A stretch of DNA of 62,425 nucleotides from Nitrososphaera sp. (GCA_035253045.1 DATFCN010000179.1:1-62425); one strand, 5' to 3'. Counted from the first letter of the stretch, positions 27,882 through 39,124 are shown. Notes: generated from the sequence alone by a model not told the origin. Made by a program: numbers and translations.

Positions 27882-30356
27882 ATGCATACCGATGAGGAGA
27901 ACGACACAAAGAAAAAGAATTTCAAGCTTCCAGGCAGCAGAGCTCATTATGCCCCGTCGCTTTCTTTTGCAATTAACCACATGTGGCTTGAAATAGAGCC
28001 CGATTTCGAGAGGCGTGTGATTAGTTGCCAGCAAAGGCTGTTGATTGTAACTTTGCAGGACATTGACACCATAGAGCTTGATGCAGCGGAACTCCAAATA
28101 GAGAAGATCTCTGCAGTAGGCAGGCTTGATTTTCGCAATCTTGATGACAAGCTTGTAGTTAAGCTAGGTAGAACTCTAAATGAAGGGAATAAAATCGAGA
28201 TCTGCATCTCCTATACTGCCAAGCCGCGCAAGGGTTTCTATTTTATGGGGCCTGATAAATATTATCCCGAGAAGTACCAGGAGGCATGGACACAAGGCGA
28301 AACGATTGAAGCAAAATATTGGTTTCCTTGTATAGATCACCCCCGGGTCAAGTTTTCAAGCGAGATTTCAGTGATAGTTCCGACAGAATTTACTGCGATT
28401 TCAAATGGTATATTGTTAAATGTAGAGACGCAGAATCTAAAACAGATCTACCGCTGGTCTGAAACAAATCCACACCCAGCCTATCTTACATCAGTGGTTG
28501 TCGGCAAATACATCGAGATCAAAGATGGCAAGAACTTGTACTACTATGTCCCACCAGAAAAAGAGCAAGATGCATTCAGATCATTTGAGCATACACCTGA
28601 AATTATCAGGTTTTTTGAAGAATACCTTGACATGAAGTATCCTTATGAAAGATATTCTCAGGTGACAGTCCAGGATTTCGTTTATGGAGGTATGGAAAAT
28701 TCCAGTTGCACCACTCTAACTTTGGATACACTTCATGACGAAAGAGCTCATCTTGATTTTACAAGTGATTATCTTATATCACACGAGTTAGCGCATCAAT
28801 GGTTTGGCGACCTTGTCACTTGCAGCGATTGGCAGCATATCTGGCTCAACGAAGGATTTGCCACCTACTGTGAGGCACTCTATTGGGAAGCGAGTAAAGG
28901 CAAGGATGAGTTCCAATATTACATGATACAGATTGCTGACGACTATCTTGAAGAGGCCAGAACCAGATATACTAGGCCGATTGTAACAAATGTATACAAG
29001 CACCCTGATGACCTCTTTGACAGACACGCATATGAAAAGGGTGGGTGTGTACTCCATATGATACGCCAGCTTGTAGGAGACAAATACTTTAGAAGGTCGC
29101 TTAGAACATATTTGCAGCGCTTTGCCAACGGCAATGCCGAGACAGACGATCTGCGAAAGGTATTTGAGCTTGAAACGGGCAAGAGCCTACAGCAGTTCTT
29201 CGACCAATGGATTTATAGAGGGGGCCACCCTGAGCTCGACATCGACTTTTATCACCATAGCCACATGGTAGAGATCAAAGTTAAACAGTTACAACCAGGC
29301 AAGCATTTTGAGTTCCCGCTTGAAGTAGAGATAGCTTTTGCAAATGGCCATAAGAAAATTTATACATTCAACGTCAAGAATAGAGAGAATATTTTCCAAA
29401 TTCCTGTTGACCACCAGGTGGAATGGTTCTCTGTGGATCCAGAGTTCAAGATTCTAAAGAAGATTTCTATGAAGGCGCCAAAGGAGATGCTTTGCAGGCA
29501 GCTCCAAGAAGGAGATAATGTGATCAAGCGTGTAGAAGCTGCTAGAGCACTCAGGGACAAATCATCAGATACAGTCATTGATGCGCTGGCGAACAGCATA
29601 CTGCACGACAAATTTTGGGGGGTGTCAGCTGAAGCAGCAAAGTCACTAGGGGCAACCAAGACAGGATATGCATACGAAGCATTGAAAGACTGCCTTGAAG
29701 TCAAGCATCCAAAGGTAAGACGTGCGGTTGTAAAGGCGATAGGAGAATTCAAAAAAGAAGAAACATTGGAATTGATTAGACCATTGCTTCAGGAGGATGA
29801 AAGCTACTTTGTTAAATCGGAAGCAGCAACTGCAATAGGCAAGACCAAGAGCAAGATTGCCATCGGAATCTTGAAAAAGGCTACAGAAACTACCACATTT
29901 CAGAATGTCGTTGCACAAGGGGCGATAACAGGCCTTAAAGAGTTTACCGGCGACAAAGATGTTGCAGAATTTTTGATTAAAAAAAGCAAATATGGAAATT
30001 ACCACAGGGTAAGAGAAGCTGCTGTTTTTGCTCTTGGCAAATTTGCAGACAACCCTGCCGTCTTTGACCACCTTAAGACTCTATTAACTGACAAATGGTT
30101 TCGAGTCCGCATAAATGCATGCAGGGCACTTGCAGATTCCGAGATGATAGCTGCGATTCCTGACCTGACATGGACGACAGAGAATGACCAAGATCACAGA
30201 GTAAGGAGGGTGGCTGAAGAATGTATAAACATCATAAGAGAGGCTACAAAGAAACCAAAAGAGGTCGCACAGATGAGAGAGGAGCTTGAAGATCTCAAGT
30301 CAAAGAATCTGGAATTAATGCAAAAAGTGGATAGGTTGGAGCGGGAGATTCACTAG
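27882..30356 (+). CDS. pepN: M1 aminopeptidase with C-terminal HEAT repeats
   Basis: GGMEN, HELAHQWFG..WLNEGFA, YEKGG; HEAT repeats and terminal coiled coil. Confidence 0.93.
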   Translation: MHTDEENDTKKKNFKLPGSRAHYAPSLSFAINHMWLEIEPDFERRVISCQQRLLIVTLQDIDTIELDAAELQIEKISAVGRLDFRNLDDKLVVKLGRTLNEGNKIEICISYTAKPRKGFYFMGPDKYYPEKYQEAWTQGETIEAKYWFPCIDHPRVKFSSEISVIVPTEFTAISNGILLNVETQNLKQIYRWSETNPHPAYLTSVVVGKYIEIKDGKNLYYYVPPEKEQDAFRSFEHTPEIIRFFEEYLDMKYPYERYSQVTVQDFVYGGMENSSCTTLTLDTLHDERAHLDFTSDYLISHELAHQWFGDLVTCSDWQHIWLNEGFATYCEALYWEASKGKDEFQYYMIQIADDYLEEARTRYTRPIVTNVYKHPDDLFDRHAYEKGGCVLHMIRQLVGDKYFRRSLRTYLQRFANGNAETDDLRKVFELETGKSLQQFFDQWIYRGGHPELDIDFYHHSHMVEIKVKQLQPGKHFEFPLEVEIAFANGHKKIYTFNVKNRENIFQIPVDHQVEWFSVDPEFKILKKISMKAPKEMLCRQLQEGDNVIKRVEAARALRDKSSDTVIDALANSILHDKFWGVSAEAAKSLGATKTGYAYEALKDCLEVKHPKVRRAVVKAIGEFKKEETLELIRPLLQEDESYFVKSEAATAIGKTKSKIAIGILKKATETTTFQNVVAQGAITGLKEFTGDKDVAEFLIKKSKYGNYHRVREAAVFALGKFADNPAVFDHLKTLLTDKWFRVRINACRALADSEMIAAIPDLTWTTENDQDHRVRRVAEECINIIREATKKPKEVAQMREELEDLKSKNLELMQKVDRLEREIH

Positions 30357-30936
30357 ACTGGAATGGCAAATTCCACAATCATCCTGGTGAAGAAGCCCCC
30401 TGGTTGCTCATACAAGCCCTGCAATCTTATCCTTCCAACACGAGGGCATTTGCATACTCTGCAGGACGGATAGACTTACTTTTGGTTAACATTTTAATTT
30501 CTGTTCTCAGGTCAGAGGTTTACTTGAATAAGCGACAGGCGTACCAACAACTTTCGATTGTCAGTACAAGTTTGTAGTTTGTACATCCAATTACGGGGAT
30601 TATTACGGCTTGAGCGCAGGAAGTGAGTGCTACTACACAGTGAGCTCAGTATTGATTTATGACCCATCTTTAACATTGCAAAAATTTATGTCAACCTACA
30701 GCGGAACTATATCACACAATTCTCCTCGGATTATGGCTCACGAAAAAAGATAAAAGAGCACATCACCAGCAGTTTCATTGTTAGATTCTTCAATGCTATT
30801 CATCGGCTCAGACGAAGTTGCCAAGGCAGGCAGTCAAAAGCAAGGATTTGCCAATGCAATCGTCAGAATGGATTCATGCAGACAGTCAACGTTAAGCATC
30901 TCTCTTACTAGTCCAGTCATAAGGGTAGAAAATGAG

Positions 30937-31839
30937 CTATAGCTGAAATTGCGTGTTGTAAAGTAGGAACTGCTCTTCTTCTTTTATCACAAATTTATCG
31001 ATAGAGGACGTTACTAGTTGACAGTCGTAACTTACCAGCTGTAGACTTTCAAATTTGCCATCTAAGTAGAGGTTTGTTATGAACGAAACCAGGTGGCGGA
31101 GTGAGATTGCAGATGCGATGTCAAGATAAACTATTTGCAGTATGTTAGTCCTGTCCCAGTAGCCGTACTTGTTGATTATTGCAATACCATCAACGGGTAC
31201 ACCAGTCACAATTACACGTTGTTCTTCGACGAAATTTAGAAGTGTTGTGCGGTCAAATGTGTACCAGTGCCATGACTTGACATATCTCTTTCCAGAGACA
31301 TAGTAGATCTCGGATTGCTGAAGGTAGTGCCAGATGTCATCTATATCATCAGTATTTGCGATTCTTGCGTTTGACTCTAGGCGACCTGGTGCACCTGATG
31401 CACTATAATACTTCCACTTTGACACTATCTTAAAACCGTTCTTTTCCATCATGCCCTGCGATGCAAAGTTGGTTACACCCACTATTGCAGATGCCTCTTT
31501 GACACCTTTCAGCCTGCCGTATTCTAGCATTTTTGCAAGAAGCATTGTTGCAATGTGAGACCGGCGATGATCAGGGCGTACTCTTACACCTTCAAGCCAG
31601 ATACCCTTGCCTTCGGGACAAATAGCAACATGGGACATTGCAATCTTCTCGTCGCCAGACTCTACTACGAATATCTGGCCATTCTTTTCTGTATACCAAT
31701 AATCCCACACTCTATCAATGTAGTCACCCCAGCTGAAGGTATTTATGCAAAAACGGAGGATCTCATCCTTGTCCGATCTTCTAGCAGGCCTGATCATTAT
31801 CATCAAGTTTTCTATACCAGATGGTTTCATCCTATGCAT
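30937..31839 (-). CDS. GNAT-family acetyltransferase
   Basis: IRPA, WLEGVRVRPDHRRSHIA, NFASQGMMEKNGF. Confidence 0.85.
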   Translation of the reverse strand: MHRMKPSGIENLMIMIRPARRSDKDEILRFCINTFSWGDYIDRVWDYWYTEKNGQIFVVESGDEKIAMSHVAICPEGKGIWLEGVRVRPDHRRSHIATMLLAKMLEYGRLKGVKEASAIVGVTNFASQGMMEKNGFKIVSKWKYYSASGAPGRLESNARIANTDDIDDIWHYLQQSEIYYVSGKRYVKSWHWYTFDRTTLLNFVEEQRVIVTGVPVDGIAIINKYGYWDRTNILQIVYLDIASAISLRHLVSFITNLYLDGKFESLQLVSYDCQLVTSSIDKFVIKEEEQFLLYNTQFQL

Positions 31840-32406
31840 AAGAGTTACTATGAGACACTCTGACGTTGTTAATGGGGTCTCTCATGAAAATCAATCTCTT
31901 GAATTTATGATGATATAGAAATGTCATACATCAAGATCTATGCGACATATTTTGCATACAAGTCTGAGATTTTGATCGATTGTTGTAAATGTGGTCTAGT
32001 CTACACACTCAAGGACGCTGTTGACCGGATTCTGCTAAGTATAATGAACGTGACACAGAACTTTCCTTTGCTTGCTAATATCTGTTTCACTGTCCAATCA
32101 TGTGTGGTTAAATGCTAATAGTAGCACATAGTGACAAATTACATTATCATCTCTTGTTATTTTGCACCTAAATTTGGCAGATAGATCATAACATAGAACG
32201 TTACAATACCAACAGGTTTGAATGTCGGTTCTGTTCTAAATCCCTGCTTAAGTGCAACCCCTACACTGAACTGGTCGGTACAGGATAGTTTCGCAAGTTG
32301 GCTTACAACAAGTGTCTTTGTTGCTGAATAGGGCATTCAGATAGTCAATGTCACCAAGTAGGCAGGTAATTGAGGCAAAAAAAGCTGCAGGTTAAATTGC
32401 ATGACA

Positions 32407-32946
32407 TCAACCAGTACTTTTGCTTACTGCTTTTGCTGATGACTCGGGGTCTGCAGTAATTACTGAGAGCCAAGGTTTCAATAGGTCAGGGGGGAGCTTG
32501 AACAGCTCTACATTTGCATCTTTTAGCAACTGCGTGCCGTCTTCAGGATAGTCTGCAAGCACTACTATTCTCTTTATGCCGACACTTATAGCCATCTTGC
32601 TGCATTCTAAACAAGGAGCAAAAGTAGAGTATAACAAGGCACCCTTTGTGCTCCCAGCGTTGCCAAAAAGAGCACACTGCATTATAGCATTGGCTTCAGC
32701 GTGAGTGCACAGGCAGCGATCAAGGCCTTCGCCGGACTTGACCTCGCCCTTCGTTCTGGCAAGACAGCGGAGGCATCCACCCTCATAGCAGTTTTTCACC
32801 CCGGGGGGCGTTCCATTATAGCCAGTAGCTATTTGCCGATTGTCCTTAACAATCACTGCGCCAATGTGGCGGGTAAGACAATTTGAACGGAGCTTGGCTA
32901 TTTCTGCCTGCAACATGAAATACGTATCCCAATCGGGCCTCTGCAT
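32407..32946 (-). CDS. dCMP deaminase family protein
   Basis: RPDWDTYFM, TGYNG, HAEANA, PCLEC. Confidence 0.92.
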   Translation of the reverse strand: MQRPDWDTYFMLQAEIAKLRSNCLTRHIGAVIVKDNRQIATGYNGTPPGVKNCYEGGCLRCLARTKGEVKSGEGLDRCLCTHAEANAIMQCALFGNAGSTKGALLYSTFAPCLECSKMAISVGIKRIVVLADYPEDGTQLLKDANVELFKLPPDLLKPWLSVITADPESSAKAVSKSTG

Positions 32947-33217
32947 TCTCTATCAATAGTAACAATTACTATAAAAATTGTTAACTCCTGACTTGGACAT
33001 CTTTGATTCATAAGGATATTGATTACTGGATACTAGGCAATAAAAATAAAAGTTCACAGGAAACCTCTTCATAAACAGAGAGAATTCACTGTCGCAAATT
33101 GAGTGTGTGATTAAAACCAATAAACATACCTTATCATCTATACAAACTCATTAAAACTGAAAACTACTAATCGTTAGTTTCCTTTTCTTTTTATACCCGA
33201 GGCGGGGATATGGTAAT

Positions 33218-33481
33218 ATGTTAAATGCTTTTGTCTTTTTGAATTGTGACAATGGCCCAGAGCATGCCATCCTCAATGAAATAACTGACATTTCTGGTGT
33301 TTCTGAAGCTGTAGAATTGTCTGGCGTCTATGACATAGTGGCAAAGGTGAGCGATGAATTGAGAAATGATATAGCAGAATCAGTAAGGAAAATCCGTGCG
33401 ATTACCAGCATCAGATCAAGTCGGGCAATGATTGCATCTGAAGAGCATTCAGAGAAGCAGATAGAGAAGATGGTGATATAA
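33218..33481 (+). CDS. Stand-alone Lrp/AsnC ligand-binding (RAM) domain protein
   Basis: AFVFLNC, GVSEA...SGVYDIVAKV, IR.I..IRSS. Confidence 0.85.
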   Translation: MLNAFVFLNCDNGPEHAILNEITDISGVSEAVELSGVYDIVAKVSDELRNDIAESVRKIRAITSIRSSRAMIASEEHSEKQIEKMVI

Positions 33482-33483
33482 TA

Positions 33484-33651
33484 ATGCTAACACCTTACAT
33501 GACGAGATCTGCGGTACACACCACAAAAAAATCAACTGGCTTTTGTATCACTTGTGGAAAAATAGCGACAACTGAAGCCTTCTTTAAATTGAGTGGGGTT
33601 ACAATTATACAGAGGTATTGTGACAACTGTTTGTCAAACGCACATTACTGA
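33484..33651 (+). CDS. 55-aa zinc-ribbon microprotein (absent from ORF track)
   Basis: Own translation: MLTPYMTRSAVHTTKKSTGFCITCGKIATTEAFFKLSGVTIIQRYCDNCLSNAHY*; two CxxC; starts 2 nt after the Lrp stop. Confidence 0.78.
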   Translation: MLTPYMTRSAVHTTKKSTGFCITCGKIATTEAFFKLSGVTIIQRYCDNCLSNAHY

Positions 33652-35287
33652 CTGACGCTATAAAGTAGAACGCTTCTTTACGCATCATAACTATCAACGT
33701 TTCTCCGATCTTTTATTTCATAACTGAATTAAAGTAATTCTGGGAACAATTACCGGAGCAAAACTTCAAGATGTCTATGGCAGAGCTTGAATATATAATA
33801 CACCCGCGCTAAGGTTTGAAATTCTTTCCGCATGATGTACATACGGTTATCTTTTTGTTCTGGCATCATTACTCAAGCATACCAGCTTTAATATGTTTTA
33901 CATTAGGTTACAAAGGAATAGACAGAACTATATATCGTCGTTCTGACGGGTTAAAGATGAGAAGGGCACATATTTCATTGTCGACGATTAGAGTCTATAA
34001 GAGAAACTCCACTTTTGTGGAACTATCAAGTTTAGTGGAAGAGCTCAGCAATATTGGATTGCGCGGAGACCTTAAAAAATTACTACAATGAGCCCGTTGA
34101 GCATGAAGCAAAGAGCATAGTTGCTGGATCCACCTTCATGCAATACCTGAACAAATTATTCAAGACTCAGATAGCAACAGAGATATACTACAGTTTGAGT
34201 CGGATAAACATAATAAATTCTCCATGTTTCCTAGACTGGCACATGGGACGAGACAATCAAGCTACAATGACAAAACCTAAGTTCCTCATAGTCACGCTTA
34301 ACACTCCATATCGCAGGTTAAAGACCAATGTGACCAGTGCACATTTCTAATAAAATACCTAAATTTAAAGAGACCCTGCTGCAGTGCAGGAGTAGGCGGG
34401 CCGTAGACACCACCCAGTGCTAAAGGTACACAAGAACTGATTCGACCTGACATCTCCTGCGTAAACTATTGATGCACATTACTTCCAGATCCATTTTAGA
34501 ATGCTGGTATATGCATTGTTGTGTTCCAAAGCTATTTCAAGATATCCTGAAGGGATGAGTTAGTTTAAAGATCTACTTTTGCTCCTCTTCATCAAGTAGA
34601 CCGATCGGATTATTACAGCAATACAATTTTCCATTATTGCTAATGTGCCTGCTTAACTAAGAGGCTAGATAAAGCGCTGTAATTTAACTGAGTGTTGTTG
34701 GTAAAGTCTAGTAGTTTTCAATCATTATTCTCTTGCGTCTCAACAGCAACTCATCCTTTACCACACGTAACCCTATCAACCCCATAAGTACAGCCACAGT
34801 TGTAAGCCCTGCCACAGCATACCATTCCATTATAGAGTTCGAACCTCCTCCATCCAAACCGACCACTTCTTGCTAATCCACCGTATAGAATCCATGGCAG
34901 TAAGATTAGGGATGGATCCTGACACATTCCAACCGATCGAACTATACATTTTTTTCATTTGAACATAGTAGCAGCAAACCGGATGATTAACTCTGCTCAG
35001 GTGTAGTTTGTAACTATCAGTTGCAGATTATAATAATGAGAAGACAGACATAATATCATGAATGATTTTGAGCAGTCAAATACGCATATGATACAGCATA
35101 ACTATTTGTTGCCAGAGGCAGGAAGTCATAATTTTTTCAGCCTATACTGCGCTACGTTCTAAATTTGGAAACGGCTCAGAGCTAGAAAGCAGTCATCATT
35201 ACCGTTTCCATAATAACAGCATCTTTTATTGGATCAACCTAGCAGATAAACGTTAAGAACTCGGCTGGCAGATTTATCCCTTATCAT

Positions 35288-37018
35288 TTGACAAAGAATT
35301 CAGACATTGCCAAGGTTATGCGTGACCTGGGATTCCTTACAGAGATTTCTGAAGAAGATCCTAATGTGCAATTTCGAGCCCGCGCCTATTATAGGGCGGC
35401 GGATACGATTGCCAGCCTCCCGGAAAATATTACCGACATTTACAGCAAACACGGAGTGAGAGGTTTGCTAGAGATCCCGTCGGTGGGTAAGGCAATCGCC
35501 TTAAAGATTGAAGAATACCTCAAGAGTGACAAGATACACCACCTTGAAGAATTAAAGGCAAAAGTGCCTGTCGATATAGATGAAATGTATGGCATAGAAG
35601 GTATAGGTCCAAAGACGATTAAGATGTTCTACACCAAGCTGCAGATAAAGAACTTAGATGATCTACAAAGAGCCGCCACGGAAGGCAAATTGAAGACCCT
35701 GCCAGGCTTTACAGAGAAAAAAGAGCATGATATCATTAACCAGATTGAGTTTTTCAGGAAAGGTAGAGGCCGTCTCATTATAGGCGAGATCTATCCGCTT
35801 GTAAAGCAGATCGAGAAGCGTCTTCAAAATATTTCAGGCGTGAAAAATGCGACTGTAGCTGGTTCGATTCGCCGCATGAAAGAGACTATTGGGGATATTG
35901 ACTATCTAGTGGTATGCAGAGACCCCGATCAAGTGATAAATTTTTTTGTCAAAATGCCAGAGGTACAAGAGATTCTTGGAAGGGGCCAAGCCAAGGCATT
36001 TGTCAAGCTTGCCAGAGGAATAGATGCCGACCTATTAGTAGTGCCTGAAGAAAGCTGGGGTTCAGCTCTTCAGTATTTTACAGGAAGTAAGGAACATTCC
36101 GTTCAATTGCGCAAGATAGCGATATCAAAAGGCCTGCGACTGAATGAATGGGGGGTTTTCAAGGGTGGCAAGCGCGTTGCGGGAGCGACGGAAGAGGAAG
36201 TATACAAAACACTGGGCGTGCAATGGATCCCACCAGAAATGCGGGAAAACACTGGCGAGATAGAACTTGGAAGGGAAGGAAAGGTGCCTAAACTGATCGA
36301 TTATGGAAGCCTGAAAGGAGATCTGCAGGTCCATAGCGAAAATAGCGATGGGACTGCAACCATAGAAGAGATGGCCCGCGGCGCTAAGGCATTTGGTCTT
36401 GATTATATTGCAATCACAGACCACACTAAGAGTCTGACAATTGCTGGTGGCCTTGAAGAACAGGAACTTATGGAGCAGGCAGACAAGATATCTCAACTCA
36501 ATGATAGGCTGGGGGAAGAATTCCGCATCCTCTCTTCCGCAGAAGTCAATATCCTGAAGGATGGCTCGCTTGACATTTCAAACGCGGTGCTTAACAAACT
36601 AGATATCGTAGGCGCTGCAATACACTCGCATTTTAACCTGCCAGTTGAAACGCAGACAGAACGACTAATAAAAGCTGCCAAGAACTCAAGCGTGGACATC
36701 CTGTTCCATCCTACTGGGAGGCTGATAAATAGGCGTACAGGTTACCCTATCGATATTGATAAAGTGATTGATGTTGCAAAGGATACTAAAACGGTTCTTG
36801 AAATTGATGCTCACTATGATAGACTAGATCTGAAGGATGAATATATAAGAAGGGCAATAAAAAAGGGAGTAAAGCTAGTCATAGACTCTGATGCACATCA
36901 TCCTATCCATTACTCATTTCTTAAATTTGGCATAGCACAGGCAAGGCGCGGTTGGGCGATACAATCAGATATCCTGAACACGCTGTCGGCTGACAAGTTA
37001 CTCAATGCATTAAAGTAA
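35288..37018 (+). CDS. polX: DNA polymerase X with C-terminal PHP domain
   Basis: HhH motifs, AGSIRR.KETIGDID, YFTGSKEH, PPEMRE; PHP motifs QVHS..SDG, ITDH, DSDAH. Confidence 0.95.
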   Translation: MTKNSDIAKVMRDLGFLTEISEEDPNVQFRARAYYRAADTIASLPENITDIYSKHGVRGLLEIPSVGKAIALKIEEYLKSDKIHHLEELKAKVPVDIDEMYGIEGIGPKTIKMFYTKLQIKNLDDLQRAATEGKLKTLPGFTEKKEHDIINQIEFFRKGRGRLIIGEIYPLVKQIEKRLQNISGVKNATVAGSIRRMKETIGDIDYLVVCRDPDQVINFFVKMPEVQEILGRGQAKAFVKLARGIDADLLVVPEESWGSALQYFTGSKEHSVQLRKIAISKGLRLNEWGVFKGGKRVAGATEEEVYKTLGVQWIPPEMRENTGEIELGREGKVPKLIDYGSLKGDLQVHSENSDGTATIEEMARGAKAFGLDYIAITDHTKSLTIAGGLEEQELMEQADKISQLNDRLGEEFRILSSAEVNILKDGSLDISNAVLNKLDIVGAAIHSHFNLPVETQTERLIKAAKNSSVDILFHPTGRLINRRTGYPIDIDKVIDVAKDTKTVLEIDAHYDRLDLKDEYIRRAIKKGVKLVIDSDAHHPIHYSFLKFGIAQARRGWAIQSDILNTLSADKLLNALK

Positions 37019-37032
37019 ATCATATATCATGT

Positions 37033-37605
37033 ATGTATGGATACTTTATCCCTGTGCGCACGACATTTGAACGCGATGACTTGAGAGCAAGGAGAATATA
37101 TCTGGGTGTTTTTTACTTTTGTGCCTTTGTCATGGCATCGGTAACCCTCTATGCCATCTATGTAAGCATTGGAGAGTATCTGCAGACAGGTAGGGTCATA
37201 ATAGGAGAGGTACTGGTGGAAACTGAGTTCCCCTTCAAAGGTCTGGCCAAGCTCACCACCTATTTGATGATAGTGTCTGTGGTGGGATGGTATTGTGTGG
37301 TCAAATTGGGTGGCGAAAAGGTAAAAGGTATTCCTCAATGGCTCAAGGCTATCATTCGCTTAATGGTACTTGTATTCGCAGTTGTGGCTCTCTATGAATT
37401 TGTCTACAACTTTATCGTATGGAACTCACTGATTACTGCAGATGCAATGAGAGGTGTAATGAGGTTTGATGATCTTAGTGTGGAATATCCAAACCCCGAA
37501 AGTCCTTGGAACTTGGTGTTTGCGACCAAGATGACGCTTGCTGCATTCTTGATCTCAGCCCACTGCTTTTATACAATTTCCAAGTCCGATAAAAAGTCAG
37601 ATTAG
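37033..37605 (+). CDS. Membrane protein, hypothetical
   Basis: About 4 TM segments; PWNLVFATKM. Confidence 0.75.
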   Translation: MYGYFIPVRTTFERDDLRARRIYLGVFYFCAFVMASVTLYAIYVSIGEYLQTGRVIIGEVLVETEFPFKGLAKLTTYLMIVSVVGWYCVVKLGGEKVKGIPQWLKAIIRLMVLVFAVVALYEFVYNFIVWNSLITADAMRGVMRFDDLSVEYPNPESPWNLVFATKMTLAAFLISAHCFYTISKSDKKSD

Positions 37606-37818
37606 CCATTCTTTTGCTCTGACTCTTATTTTTATCAAAGTTATGCTTAGACAATACTTAACCCGATCGAGGGGTCAGCAGGCCTTGAAAAACTGCTTCG
37701 GGTTGCAAAATCATCTTAACAATAGTGTACTTAAACTATGCATCAACAATCAGTTATCGGTCCTCGCCTTAATCGAATCTCAAAAATGGAGTTCCAGAGG
37801 GCGCGGTGTATCCTCAAT

Positions 37819-38559
37819 CTATCGTTCTTGAGTCATAGGTCTTATCAATATCTCATTTACATTTACATGATGTGGAGCCTGTACCGCAAATATGATGGCA
37901 TTTGCAATATCTTCGGCATGTAGAGCCTCCATCTGCTTTGTCCTTTCAACATATTTTTCCAGTGCCTTGTCGGTTATGGCGTTTACAAGTTCAGTAGTTA
38001 CGACTCCTGGCTCAATGCATGTGACTCGTATGTTAGACCTCTGGCTGAACTCCTGTCTAAGACCTTCACTGAAGGCGGTGATAGCATGTTTTGTAGCACA
38101 GTAGACGCTCCCTGCAGGATAAACAATCCTTCCAGCTACAGAAGAAATATTGACTATGTGTCCCGAATTTTTGTTCACCATAGTTGTGATTGCTGCAGCA
38201 GTGCAGTAAAGTACTCCCCTGATGTTAACATCTATCATTTTGTCCCACTCCTCAACCTTGAGATTCTTGAAAAAGCTTAGTGGCTGGAGACCAGCATTGT
38301 TAACGAGGATATCAATGGTGCCCCACTTTTTCAGGATAGCTTCTGCAAACGCATCACATTCTGACCTTATTGTGACGTCCAGTTTTTGAATAAAAACTTG
38401 TCCTCCATTTTTAATGATCTCCTTTTGCAATGATTCCAATCTATCCATGCGTCTCGCACCTGCTGCCACTTTTGCTCCAGCTTTAGATAATGCCAAAGCA
38501 GTAGCGTAGCCTATGCCGCTGCTTGCTCCTGTAACTATAGCAACTTTATCTTTTATCAT
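37819..38559 (-). CDS. Short-chain dehydrogenase/reductase (YdfG-like)
   Basis: TGASSGIG, NNAG, SS..G, YCATK, IEPG. Confidence 0.93.
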   Translation of the reverse strand: MIKDKVAIVTGASSGIGYATALALSKAGAKVAAGARRMDRLESLQKEIIKNGGQVFIQKLDVTIRSECDAFAEAILKKWGTIDILVNNAGLQPLSFFKNLKVEEWDKMIDVNIRGVLYCTAAAITTMVNKNSGHIVNISSVAGRIVYPAGSVYCATKHAITAFSEGLRQEFSQRSNIRVTCIEPGVVTTELVNAITDKALEKYVERTKQMEALHAEDIANAIIFAVQAPHHVNVNEILIRPMTQER

Positions 38560-38657
38560 CTGCTACCATGATCCATTCAGGTTTTTTATATGTTGTAATA
38601 TGTGCCAATAGGCGTTAAGTTTAAGTATATTGCTTATTTTTTAAAACTCGTGTAGTA

Positions 38658-38837
38658 ATGAGCCTCGAAGACAGTGATGAGCTAGCATATCTCTGGACGA
38701 AGGTAAAATTTATCCAAAAATATATGAATAAACACAACTGCAGCTATGAGGTCGCTGAGCACGAGTTTCACATATGGGTTGAAGGACTAATGGATAGCAG
38801 GATCGAGCGCGCAAATAAGATGCTAAACGCACATTAG
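38658..38837 (+). CDS. 59-aa hypothetical protein (absent from ORF track)
   Basis: MSLEDSDELAYLWTKVKFIQKYMNKHNCSYEVAEHEFHIWVEGLMDSRIERANKMLNAH*; TATA-like TTTAAGTATAT about 30 nt upstream; fills the gap between its neighbours. Confidence 0.7.
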   Translation: MSLEDSDELAYLWTKVKFIQKYMNKHNCSYEVAEHEFHIWVEGLMDSRIERANKMLNAH

Positions 38838-39124
38838 AGGTTCTGCGGCGTCTGCTGCTCGATCTTTTGCTTTCTTGCCATCAACAGCAATACTGCACTA
38901 AACATTCCAAGTACTATTGCTAGGCCCTGGGCGCCACCATTTGGAACTACAAAAATATATGCGACTGCAAAAACGATGCAAGTCACTGCCTGCAGAAGAT
39001 AGGATTTTGCAGCGTGCATCTTGGTCTTTTTTGCGACATATCCTATCACAAAAAACACAGCCGCAGGATATATAGTAAGAAGAATGAACTGATCAATATC
39101 AATGCCAAGATGAACCATTGGCAA
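38834..39124 (-). CDS. Small three-TM membrane protein
   Basis: Three hydrophobic segments. Confidence 0.75.
   Translation of the reverse strand: MPMVHLGIDIDQFILLTIYPAAVFFVIGYVAKKTKMHAAKSYLLQAVTCIVFAVAYIFVVPNGGAQGLAIVLGMFSAVLLLMARKQKIEQQTPQNL

Noticed and set aside
33816-34350. Two overlapping ORFs as a frameshifted gene
   Set aside because: No recognisable motif in any frame; cannot support a call
34386-34461. Functional tRNA, including amber/Pyl (GCTAAA loop)
   Set aside because: Anticodon and T stems do not pair; no pyl genes in the window
34707-34832. Possible frameshifted single-TM peptide on the - strand (MEWYAVAGLTTVAVLMG/LIGLRVVKDELLLRRKR...)
   Set aside because: Requires an inserted base and has no homology support
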